From Candidatus Binatia bacterium (GTDB lineage Bacteria > Desulfobacterota > Binatia > HRBIN30), in the NCBI GenBank assembly GCA_937925685.1, contig CALAMI010000008.1, forward strand, positions 142,191-206,190: a stretch of 64,000 nt of DNA, written 5' to 3'. Under the pieces are notes generated by a model. The model was not told where the DNA came from. It saw nothing but the letters and a program-made list of their open reading frames with translations, and made no database searches. This document shows, one piece after another, positions 36,665 to 45,265 of the stretch; the first letter of the stretch is position 1, and the number at the start of each line of letters is the position of its first letter. A program made the position numbers and the translations under genes.

Positions 36665-39600
36665 TTACTCGAGGAGCGCACTCTGAATTCGAATCGCACC
36701 GGCACGGAGTCTAACGGGGCCATCGAACACGAGCCAGGCGACAGCCTCTTGTCCGCTGCGAGCTTCGATGCGCGCCAGGGCAAGAGCCACGGAACCGGAT
36801 TCGACGTGGTAGGCGGTGAGCGATTTGTAGCCCTGGTCAGGAAGCACGACCCGCGGCGGGTCAAGCCGAGCGCCGTCGAACCACACGCGAATGGTTGCGG
36901 CGTTCCACGGTGTTTGCGAAGCGATGGTGATGGGAACGCGCCATGTCCGCCGGTGGCGTATGGCTTTCCCCACACGGACAAGCGCTCGTTGGGACGAAGC
37001 CACACTGACGCGCTGGGAGCGGGCCACCATTCCCGAAGCAGCAGGTGCGAAGCTCCCGTTACAGTCGCCCACCATCCCCGTCACGAAATCAATGCCGCTC
37101 ACGTCGCTCGTGGCAGCGGCTAGCGACACTTGTAGCACAGAGCTGCAACTTTCCCTGCGAGCTGGAGTAGGGGTGGCCATCGGAGGTAAGGGGCCGTGAG
37201 GTTGCACAGCCCAGGTGCCGACGCATGACTGAGGGCCGAGAGCCCCAACGACATAACTTAGAATCATCGCTGCGTCTTTGGCGGTGATCGACCCGCTGCC
37301 GTCGGCGTCGCAAACCGCTCGCTGCAGCGTTGAGAGTTCCTCTAAGCCGGTAGCGGCCCGCAACACGACGACGGCATCGCTCGCCGTGACAGTCGACTGG
37401 TTGTTGGTGCCTCGGGGAACGAGCCCCTGTGCTTCCTCAGGAAGCGGAACCACGTTTACCTGACCTACCGGAACTTGTTCGATTTGATAGATCCCGTTGG
37501 GCCCAGTAGTCGCGCTTCGAATGACGCCATTGCTCTCAGCCTGCACCGGAACATCGGGAAGTGGCTGACCTGGCACAAAGTACGCGACGGCACCACTCAA
37601 GCGAATCGCTCCGACTGTGGGGGTAGCCGTCGGCGAGGGGTTCGGGGTGACCGTTGCGGAACGTGTCGGCGTTCCAGTGTGCGTGGGTGTGCTGGTCGAC
37701 GTTGGCGTCGGTGTGCGGCTCGGTGTTGCCGAATTGCTTGGCGACGCCGAAGCCGTCGGAGTTCGCGTCGGCGTCGAGGTTACCGTACTCGTGTTTGTTG
37801 GGGTGGCAGAAGGGGTTCGGGTCAGAGTCGCCGTGAGGGTTGGTGACGGTGTCGCAGTGACGGTGGGAGTGCGTGTGGTCGTGTTCGTTGCCGTCGGTGT
37901 GCGCGACGGGGTGTACGTTCGTGTTAGAGTGGGTGTCGTTGTTGCGGTGGCGCTGGGAGTGGCTGTGCGCGTGGGGGAAGAGGTAGGGGTAAACGTGTGA
38001 GTCGGTGTGCGGGACGGAGTTGGTGTCAGCGTGGGAGAGGGCGTGTTGGTTGGGGTACGGGTAGCGGTCTGTGACGGAGTGTGGGATGGGGTCGAGGTCG
38101 ACGTGAAGGTGGGGGTGTTGCTGCGCGTGGGGGTGGAACTGCGGGTGAATGTTGGCGTGAAGGTGTTCGTTGGCGTTGGTGTGGCCGTTGGGGTAAAGGT
38201 TTGCGTCGGGGTACGTGAACGGGTCTGGGTTGCGGTGTGAGTGGGCGTAGCTGTCCGCGTCGCCGTAAACGTGGGGGTTCGGGTACTCGTCGAGGTGAAG
38301 GTATTCGTTGGGGTGAATGTTTCCGTCGGAGTACTAGAAGGGGTCCAGGTCGGTGTCCAAGTTGGTGTCGCTGTTCGGGTCGGCGTAAAGCTGGGCGTGG
38401 CTGTGAAGGTTGACGTCGGTGTCCAGGTAGGGCTCAGGGAATTCGTGGGCGTGGAGCTTGCCGTCTTCGTTGGTGTGGGCGAAGCTGTTGGTGTCGCCGA
38501 GGCAGTTGTCGTCGGGGTTGCGGCCACAGTTGCCGTGAATGTCGCCGGCGGACGAAGTGTGCTAGTGGGCGTAGGCGAGCTGGTAGCAGTCGGTGGGGTG
38601 AAAGCTAGACTGGCAACGCGGATTCTCGCGGAGTCAGGCACGGAGAGGAAGAGGTGCCCGTCTTTGTCGATGGTAAGACCGGTGACGCGACTGAGCCCTG
38701 CCTCCAGTGCCGAGCCGCCATCGCCGGAATCTCCGAGACTACCGCTGCCAGCCACGGTGGTGATAACTCCGGTGACCATATCCACGCGGCGAATGCGATA
38801 ATTGCCGGCGTCGGCAATCAACAAGTTGCCAAATCGGTCGAAAGTGATGCGGGTCGGCCCAGAAAGCAGGGCTTGGGTTGCAGGCCCGCCGTCACCACCA
38901 AAGCCAGCCCAACCAGTGCCTGCGACTCGTTCGAGGAGCCCGCCACGAATGCGTCGCACAACGTTGTTTCCTCGATCCACGAAATACACGTTGCCGTCGG
39001 GGCCAAGGGCAACGTCCGTGGGAGCGCCAAGTGGCGACTGAGCGGCAACGGCGCCATCGGGTGGGTTGCCCCAACTCCCGTTGCCGGCGACGGTGGTGAT
39101 GATTCCGCCTTCCACCTTGCGGATGCGGTTGTTTTGAAAATCGGCAATGTAAGCGATGCTTCCATCCGCTGAAACAGCAACCGCGTAGGGGTTGGCCAGT
39201 GTGGCTTGAGTCGCTGGAATGTTATCGCCGTTATATCCAAACCCGCCTGTACCTGCGATTGTAGAAATGATGCCGCTGGCAGCGTCAAGTTTGCGGACGC
39301 GGTGGCCGCCCAACTCAACGATGTAAAGGTTGCCGAAGCTGTCGCTGTCCACGTCGAAGGGATTCGTGAGTTGCGCGGCAATGGCTAGTCCGCCATCACC
39401 ACACGATGAGCCCGAGCCACAAGGCGTTCCGTTACCGGCAACAGTCGTGATTGTACCGGAGAGCGAACTCACCATGCGCACGCGATGATGGGCGCTGTCG
39501 GCGACGTAAAGCTCGAAGCCGCCACCAGTCGCTAGCGGCCGGAGGAAAAGCCCCATCGGATCGAGCAGGGCATTTTTAGCGACACCTCCATCGCCAACGC

Positions 39601-40816
39601 CACCGCCAGCAAGAGGCACAACCACGCCGGACGGAGTGACGGCCCGGGTGCGATTTTCTGGATGTGGAGGAGTGGTCATATACTGGCCGACGTAAACCGA
39701 GCCCGTGTCCCAGTCAGCGGCCAGGCCCGTCAGCATGGCGAAGCTCGTCTGGGTAGCCGGTTGGCCATCGGGAGACGGTGAGCGCACACCGGTACCGGCC
39801 ACAGTCTTGACGATCGACTGCAGCGTAATGACTCCGCCAATCGATTCGATGCGGCGTACACGGTTATTGCCGACGTCCGTGAAGAACAAATTTCCCATGA
39901 GATCGAATGCCAGCCGCCCTGGATTGAAAATTCGCGCGCTAGAAGCAGGGCCGTTGTCTCCTGTGAACCCCTGCACACCGTCTCCGGCAATGGTGGTGAT
40001 GATACCTTGAGAGTCTACTCGCCGAATGCGTGAGTTTCCGGAGTCGGCGATGAACAAATTCCCCACGCTGTCGAACGCGATGTGCCACGGATTCGCTAGC
40101 TTTGCTTGAGTTGCCGGTCCACCGTCTCCGGCGAAACCCCAAGCGCCCGTCCCTGCAAAGGTAGTGATGATCCCGCTGGCACTAATTTTTCGAATCCGAT
40201 TTCCATCTGTCTCGGCAACGTACAGGTTCCCAGCCGAGTCGAACGCAACGCCTCGCGGGGCATTGATGCTTGCGCTGGTCGCTGAGCTGCCGTCGCCGCT
40301 ACTAAACGCCCGCCCGTCGCCCACGGCCGTAACGATGACTCCATCGCGCGCGATCTTACGCACCCGATGATTTAGGGTGTCGGCAACATAGACCGCCCCC
40401 CCAGACCCACAAGCGACATCGGTGGGGAAATTGAGCTGGGCGTTCACCGCCAGTCCTCCGTCCCCGGAGAATCCCCGCGCTCCCGTACCGGCCACGGTTT
40501 CGATGGTGAGCAAATCAAGGTCGACCTTGCGAACCCGATGGTTCAATCCATCCGCGATGAAAAGATTGCGGCCGCATACCGCCATGCCTCGTGGATCGAC
40601 GATGCCATTGATGGCCACACCACCGTCGCCAACACCGCCGCCCAAGACGGTATCAATCACGCCCTCGGGCGGAAGTTCGAGGGCCCAACCGAGCGAGGCC
40701 AGCATGGTTGTGACTAGGAAAAGTGAAGCGACGAGGGACGGCAAGAGCCGGTTGGCCGAGAAGCCGCAGCGCCGCATCGTTTCCCAGGGGGTTCCCGGAT
40801 TAGACCCTTCGATCAT
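36665..40816 (-). CDS. giant secreted NHL-repeat (six-bladed beta-propeller x2-3) protein with Thr/Pro linker, CarboxypepD_reg-like domain, dockerin-like module and the same conserved C-terminal domain as the metzincin
   Basis: At least 11 NHL-type repeats (LNHRVRKVD, NSRIRRVD, NNRIRKVE, GNYRIRRVD, AHHRVRMV and similar). ~330 aa TP linker. GAIRLSGAVAYFVPGQ...TGPNGIYQI. TASDAVVVLRAATGL...CDADGSGSITAKDAAMILSYVVGA. Confidence 0.8.
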   Translation of the reverse strand: MIEGSNPGTPWETMRRCGFSANRLLPSLVASLFLVTTMLASLGWALELPPEGVIDTVLGGGVGDGGVAINGIVDPRGMAVCGRNLFIADGLNHRVRKVDLDLLTIETVAGTGARGFSGDGGLAVNAQLNFPTDVACGSGGAVYVADTLNHRVRKIARDGVIVTAVGDGRAFSSGDGSSATSASINAPRGVAFDSAGNLYVAETDGNRIRKISASGIITTFAGTGAWGFAGDGGPATQAKLANPWHIAFDSVGNLFIADSGNSRIRRVDSQGIITTIAGDGVQGFTGDNGPASSARIFNPGRLAFDLMGNLFFTDVGNNRVRRIESIGGVITLQSIVKTVAGTGVRSPSPDGQPATQTSFAMLTGLAADWDTGSVYVGQYMTTPPHPENRTRAVTPSGVVVPLAGGGVGDGGVAKNALLDPMGLFLRPLATGGGFELYVADSAHHRVRMVSSLSGTITTVAGNGTPCGSGSSCGDGGLAIAAQLTNPFDVDSDSFGNLYIVELGGHRVRKLDAASGIISTIAGTGGFGYNGDNIPATQATLANPYAVAVSADGSIAYIADFQNNRIRKVEGGIITTVAGNGSWGNPPDGAVAAQSPLGAPTDVALGPDGNVYFVDRGNNVVRRIRGGLLERVAGTGWAGFGGDGGPATQALLSGPTRITFDRFGNLLIADAGNYRIRRVDMVTGVITTVAGSGSLGDSGDGGSALEAGLSRVTGLTIDKDGHLFLSVPDSARIRVASLAFTPPTATSSPTPTSTLRPPATFTATVAATPTTTASATPTASPTPTKTASSTPTNSLSPTWTPTSTFTATPSFTPTRTATPTWTPTWTPSSTPTETFTPTNTFTSTSTRTPTFTATRTATPTHTATQTRSRTPTQTFTPTATPTPTNTFTPTFTRSSTPTRSNTPTFTSTSTPSHTPSQTATRTPTNTPSPTLTPTPSRTPTHTFTPTSSPTRTATPSATATTTPTLTRTYTPSRTPTATNTTTRTPTVTATPSPTLTATLTRTPSATPTNTSTVTSTPTRTPTASASPSNSATPSRTPTPTSTSTPTHTGTPTRSATVTPNPSPTATPTVGAIRLSGAVAYFVPGQPLPDVPVQAESNGVIRSATTGPNGIYQIEQVPVGQVNVVPLPEEAQGLVPRGTNNQSTVTASDAVVVLRAATGLEELSTLQRAVCDADGSGSITAKDAAMILSYVVGALGPQSCVGTWAVQPHGPLPPMATPTPARRESCSSVLQVSLAAATSDVSGIDFVTGMVGDCNGSFAPAASGMVARSQRVSVASSQRALVRVGKAIRHRRTWRVPITIASQTPWNAATIRVWFDGARLDPPRVVLPDQGYKSLTAYHVESGSVALALARIEARSGQEAVAWLVFDGPVRLRAGAIRIQSALLE
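37238..37387 (-). other. dockerin-like module of the NHL-repeat protein
   Basis: TASDAVVVLRAATGLEELSTLQRAVCDADGSGSITAKDAAMILSYVVGALG. Confidence 0.55.
37613..38599 (-). repeat. Thr/Pro/Ser linker-coding tandem repeats inside CDS
   Basis: Encodes TPTxTxTPT runs; the opposite strand translates as V/G-rich ORFs, a tell-tale of this repeat. Confidence 0.5.
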
Positions 40817-42161
40817 TCAGCTTACCCAGCGTGTTTCCCGCAAGTCCCGAAATTTGCGCGGCTCTTTTGCCAAACTCGCAGTGAGCCAAGGCCTGCGCCA
40901 AATCCATGCCAGGCAGTGGTGCCTGCCGCCGCAGTGGAGAGACTGCTCTTCTGGTTGCGACTTGGCACATTCGCCGACAAAAAAATGCCACGATGGCTAA
41001 GATCATGAACTCCGGCCGCCGATTCCCTGCGACTATGTTGGGCTCTGAGAGCGAGGGCATCGATCCTGTGCACATCCCACAACCGCCTCCGCCACCATCT
41101 ATTGGATCGGGAAATTGCCTTACGGAGAATGCGGGTTGGCAATACATCTCGCAAATCCGCAAGCAAATCAACAGAGAAAATTCGCCGGTGGTTCACCTCA
41201 GATTCCACTGGAAGGCACGTCTTTTGGTGCATTGCGGTGGCGAAGAGGGTAGCTTGGGAGCTTGAGCCCGTAGGGAATAGGAGGTGGGCGGGAGGGGGCA
41301 ACTGACTGCCCATACTGTTGCTGGGCTTGCAGCGGCGAAACAGCAGTTTGCACTCGGTCCCTGCCTTTAAGGAGTTTCCCGGTTCCTATTTGCCTTGGGG
41401 CTGTGGCTGTGCAGTTTCTCGAGTGAGTATGGTTTTGAGGTAACGTGGCGCGGTTGCGTGCGGAGCAGAACCCGACTTCGGCAGGCTTGCGGGTGAGCAA
41501 GGAAGTGTACGCTACGGAAAGCGCAAGGAGGCAAGAGCGAATCGTAAATATGAGGGGCGCACTAGATAACGGATCGGTTGTTTCTGGTGGACGGGCCAAC
41601 TCGACCTGGGAGAAACCTCCACAAGGAGGAACGCAATAGAGAATGCTAGAGGGCGCGCGTTCTCCCGTAGGTGCAGAAAACGTAAAGCGCCGGGATACGG
41701 GTTTCGTGCCGGATGGGGATGCAACCCTGTTGATTCAGTCGAGCTGCTGAACATCAGAGTTTACTTAACCCCTACCACTTAAAACCGATATCTCGCCGCG
41801 TTGGTTCCGTCCCGCGGGCCACTGTAACGTGCGCCCTGGAGACGAGTTTGGAATGTGACGTAAAGCTGGCATTTCCGGCCGACGATTCTCCAGCGGCCGC
41901 TGCATCGAAGAGCTTTGAGTTTGCTTGGTCACGGGCGCCTCTTCCGTGAACCACATCCGTCCCGGTTGTAGGGTCCCAACTCAAGGTGCTGCAGGACTTG
42001 TTTCCACGGGCATCGAGCTTGGGGCTTCCCTAGGAATGCCAGTTTGCGATTGACACGCGTTGGTCAGAGGTGATAGGCATGGGTCGCCCTACAGCGGGTG
42101 TGGGGTGTGTGCTTTGGGCCTTAGGTGCCTCGGTTCGTTAGCAAAGACAAGGAGCGTGCGG
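40817..42161. other. 1.3 kb region without credible ORFs, locally lower in GC
   Basis: Only short, Arg-rich or overlapping ORFs; contains AT-richer stretches (ttacttaacccctaccacttaaaacc); AAGGAG RBS at its 3' edge for the next gene. Confidence 0.4.
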
Positions 42162-43439
42162 ATGGTTCGGGGAAAAATGAAGTGGATGGTTGGCGCGGTG
42201 GAGACAGGAATTTGGAGCCTGGGAGCCTTCGTTGCCGGCTTGTTGATTGCGGTGGGAACATCGCAAGCTCAGTTCAGCCTCGCTTTCACCCAGCGAGCGT
42301 CAAATGGAACGGTGTATGAGGTACTGGTTGTGCCCAATGGGCCGCTCACCGCGGGAGCTGATGAGATGCGAATCACGACCATCGCGGGATCGACTTCTGG
42401 AGTGCAATCCTGCACCTCTCCTGGTGGTACTTCAGGCCAAAACACGTCAGCACTGGCGGGGGTCGACCCGAACATTGGCTCGTTGCACTCTTTTACGGAC
42501 GTTCGCCGCACGAACGTGCTAACGCCAAGTAACGTCTCTTCCGTATTGTTTAGCCCCGGCGGTGGGGGTCGGCTCACGATTGGTGGGATTGATATTTGCG
42601 CGAATGCTGCTGACTGCAGCGGGGGCGACCCGGACGCTCGGATATTCGACCTGGATGGAAATGTGGTCGTGAGCGGAGGCGTCACGGGCACTGCCATCCC
42701 AGCTGCATGCGTGGCAACCGGAGTCCCTGCTCTTTGTTCTTCGGGTCAACTTACCACTTTTGGTTTTGGGTTGCCCCGTGACAGCACAACCAAGGAGTGC
42801 AACAGCAAGCCAACGACAAATCGGACGGTGTGCGGGGCACCCCCAGAGGATGGTTTTACCGTCCCACCAGGCGGCGTGGTGGTGTTCATCTACAATGGTA
42901 ACCTGGCCAACCAGGGATTCAGTGTAGGAGCTGCTGGGTTCGGTATCGACACCGATGGGGTCAATAACCCGCAGTGCCCGGCGAACAGTGTCATCACGGC
43001 GGACGGGCAGAACCCTAGTGCGCCGCCACCGCCACCGCCGACGCCAACGAACACTCCAACCCAAACGCCGACGCCAACGGACACCCCGACTCTGACGCCG
43101 ACCTCGACACCAACGTTAACCCCCACACTCACGCCGACTTTGACGCCAACCCTGACGCCTACGCTGACACCGACGCAAACGCCGACAAATACGCCCACGC
43201 TGACACCGACGCAAACGCCGACAAACACGCCGACGCTGACGCCCACGCCGACAAACACACCGACACTGACTCCGACACGGACCTTCACCCCGACATTAAC
43301 GCCGACCGTGACTCCGTCACCCACGCCCCCGCCTATTCCTCTGATTCCTTCGCCGATATCGCCGGCTGGTTTGGGCATGATTGGCGGGTTGGCAGCGGCG
43401 CTGTTGTGGATGATGCGGCGTGCCGTTCGTCGAGCCTAA
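42162..43439 (+). CDS. secreted protein with PTxTPT linker and C-terminal PEP-CTERM-like sorting signal ([16 protein letters not shown]), paralog 1
   Basis: ATG 42162 preceded by AAGGAG (7 nt spacer). Signal peptide [38 protein letters not shown]-terminus [37 protein letters not shown]. The track ORF starts at 42060, probably too early. Confidence 0.7.
   Translation: MVRGKMKWMVGAVETGIWSLGAFVAGLLIAVGTSQAQFSLAFTQRASNGTVYEVLVVPNGPLTAGADEMRITTIAGSTSGVQSCTSPGGTSGQNTSALAGVDPNIGSLHSFTDVRRTNVLTPSNVSSVLFSPGGGGRLTIGGIDICANAADCSGGDPDARIFDLDGNVVVSGGVTGTAIPAACVATGVPALCSSGQLTTFGFGLPRDSTTKECNSKPTTNRTVCGAPPEDGFTVPPGGVVVFIYNGNLANQGFSVGAAGFGIDTDGVNNPQCPANSVITADGQNPSAPPPPPPTPTNTPTQTPTPTDTPTLTPTSTPTLTPTLTPTLTPTLTPTLTPTQTPTNTPTLTPTQTPTNTPTLTPTPTNTPTLTPTRTFTPTLTPTVTPSPTPPPIPLIPSPISPAGLGMIGGLAAALLWMMRRAVRRA
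43017..43331 (+). repeat. tandem DNA repeats (36-nt unit ACGCTGACACCGACGCAAACGCCGACAAA[T/C]ACGCC) encoding a ([12 protein letters not shown])n linker
   Basis: Near-identical adjacent units at about 43161-43196 and 43197-43232, embedded in a longer PTxTPT-coding repeat. Confidence 0.6.
43332..43436 (+). other. C-terminal sorting-signal-like tail: Pro motif, hydrophobic helix and basic cluster
   Basis: [34 protein letters not shown]-stop. Confidence 0.55.
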
Positions 43440-43477
43440 AGTCGTGATGTGAGCGAAATATTCGGGGCTGCGAAGCT

Positions 43478-44968
43478 GTGAGGATCGACCGAGGTTGCTG
43501 CATTTGGCGTTCTCGCGGCGTTGCAGCCCCAGCCGCTGTGGCTGTGGCGCTCTTCGCGTGGGGCAAGTTCGCCGAGGCGCAGTTGAATCAAGCTTCATCG
43601 CAACGAGCAGCTGACGGTACGGTTTATCAAGTCATCATCGTCCCTCCCGGTCCGTTAAATGCAGGTGCCGAAGAGGTCCGGGTAACTACGGTGGCCGGTG
43701 GAGTGCAGGGCCTCGTCTCGTGCTCTGGCGTGGTCGGGGGGCAGGCAGCTGCCGCACGGGCAGTCGTTGGTGCGGACCCAGGTGCAGGTCAAGCCCTCTT
43801 CCCTGCAGGACAAGTGTTAAGAACGACGGTTCTAAATCCATCCTCCCTAACGGTCTCGTTCTCGTCCGGAGGAGCCGGGAGGTTGACTTTTGGCTCCGGC
43901 CCCACTGGGCTTCAGATATGCCGCAATCCGGCGGACTGTACCGGTCCCGAAAACGTGGTGTCGTTGGTGCCAATTTCCACAGCTGATAGTAGCGTGCCGA
44001 AAGCATGCGTGCGCTCCAACGTCGCTGCGGGATGTACGAGCGCTACGGTGACCACGTATGCTTTCGGGTTGGACCAGGACAACGACGGGACTTGTGACGC
44101 TGCCCCCACCACCGATACAAACGTTTGTGCGCCTGCGCCGACAGACGGCTTTAGCTTGCCGGCTGGGCGGGCCATCGTCTTCGTTTACGATAGCGGGTTG
44201 TTGAACACAGGTTTCACGATCGGTGCAGCCGGCTTTGGTGTCGACACCGACGGCTCGAACGATCCCCAGTGCAGTGCCGGAACGGTCGTGAGTGCGGACG
44301 GCCAGAGCCAAAGTGCTCCGCCGCCCCCACCGCCTACGTTCACCCCCACGAATACACCCACCGAGACGCCGACGCCAACGAGCACCCCCACGGAAACTCC
44401 AACGGAAACGCCCACATCGACTCCGACGCCCACACCAACGGAGACGCCAACTGCGACTCCGACCAGGACCCCGACGCACACCCCCACGGAGACACCGACG
44501 AATACTCCGACGAACACACCGACTGAGACACCCACGCACACCCCGACGAATACGCCAACTCATACGCCCACGGAGACGCCTACGCACACCCCCACCGACA
44601 CCCCCACTCATACGCCGACTCATACGCCGACGAACACGCCGACGAACACTCCGACGCACACCCCGACACCAACTCCCACGAACACGCCCACCGACACCCC
44701 GACACGGACTCCAACATCCACCCCGACAGATACGCCCACTCCCACACCCACGTTCACACCGACACACACGATGACGTCGACACCGACTCTGACTCACACC
44801 CCCACACCCACGCGGACCCGCACGCCCACGCGCACACCGCCGCCTATTCCAGTGGTGCCATCGCCGCTTGCCCCTTCGGGGATATTGATGATCGTTTGCC
44901 TCGTGCTGGCTTTGGCTTGGCTTGCCGTGCGCCCAGGCAGGTTCTCTCGCCCCCGTGTGCTGCGGTAG
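43478..44968 (+). CDS. secreted protein with long PTxTPT linker and C-terminal PEP-CTERM-like sorting signal, paralog 2
   Basis: GTG start. Signal-like N-terminus. Domain-level identity to paralog 1 ([42 protein letters not shown] vs [42 protein letters not shown]; [21 protein letters not shown] vs [21 protein letters not shown]). C-terminus [43 protein letters not shown]. Confidence 0.7.
   Translation: MRIDRGCCIWRSRGVAAPAAVAVALFAWGKFAEAQLNQASSQRAADGTVYQVIIVPPGPLNAGAEEVRVTTVAGGVQGLVSCSGVVGGQAAAARAVVGADPGAGQALFPAGQVLRTTVLNPSSLTVSFSSGGAGRLTFGSGPTGLQICRNPADCTGPENVVSLVPISTADSSVPKACVRSNVAAGCTSATVTTYAFGLDQDNDGTCDAAPTTDTNVCAPAPTDGFSLPAGRAIVFVYDSGLLNTGFTIGAAGFGVDTDGSNDPQCSAGTVVSADGQSQSAPPPPPPTFTPTNTPTETPTPTSTPTETPTETPTSTPTPTPTETPTATPTRTPTHTPTETPTNTPTNTPTETPTHTPTNTPTHTPTETPTHTPTDTPTHTPTHTPTNTPTNTPTHTPTPTPTNTPTDTPTRTPTSTPTDTPTPTPTFTPTHTMTSTPTLTHTPTPTRTRTPTRTPPPIPVVPSPLAPSGILMIVCLVLALAWLAVRPGRFSRPRVLR
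44312..44845 (+). repeat. tandem codon-level repeats encoding a (TPTxTPT)n linker
   Basis: ACNCCNACNGAGAC/CACAC units; ~178 aa of TPT(E/H/N/D)TPT. Confidence 0.55.
44846..44965 (+). other. C-terminal sorting-signal-like tail of paralog 2
   Basis: [40 protein letters not shown]-stop. Confidence 0.55.
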
Positions 44969-45265
44969 TGCCCTCGCGAGAAGTGGCCTGAACCCATCTG
45001 CGGCTACCCGCGCGAAACCCCGCGTCTCCATCGCAGTCTGGGTGCGAAAAAAGTTTCTCGCGCTGCCGTAGGGAAGAGAGCGTCTGCTGAGCTTTCTGCT
45101 TGGAAGCGACGATAACTCAGGCCTCGACGGAGTCCGAAAAATTTAGCGCGTCCGCCGTGAAGGGGTGGAAATTGCATCGGCCCTTCGAAAATGACTTGCG
45201 AAGGTCACTTCGGTGAGAAACAAAGGTTGCCGTCCACGAGCGTTTCTTAAGGATGGCGGGTTGGC

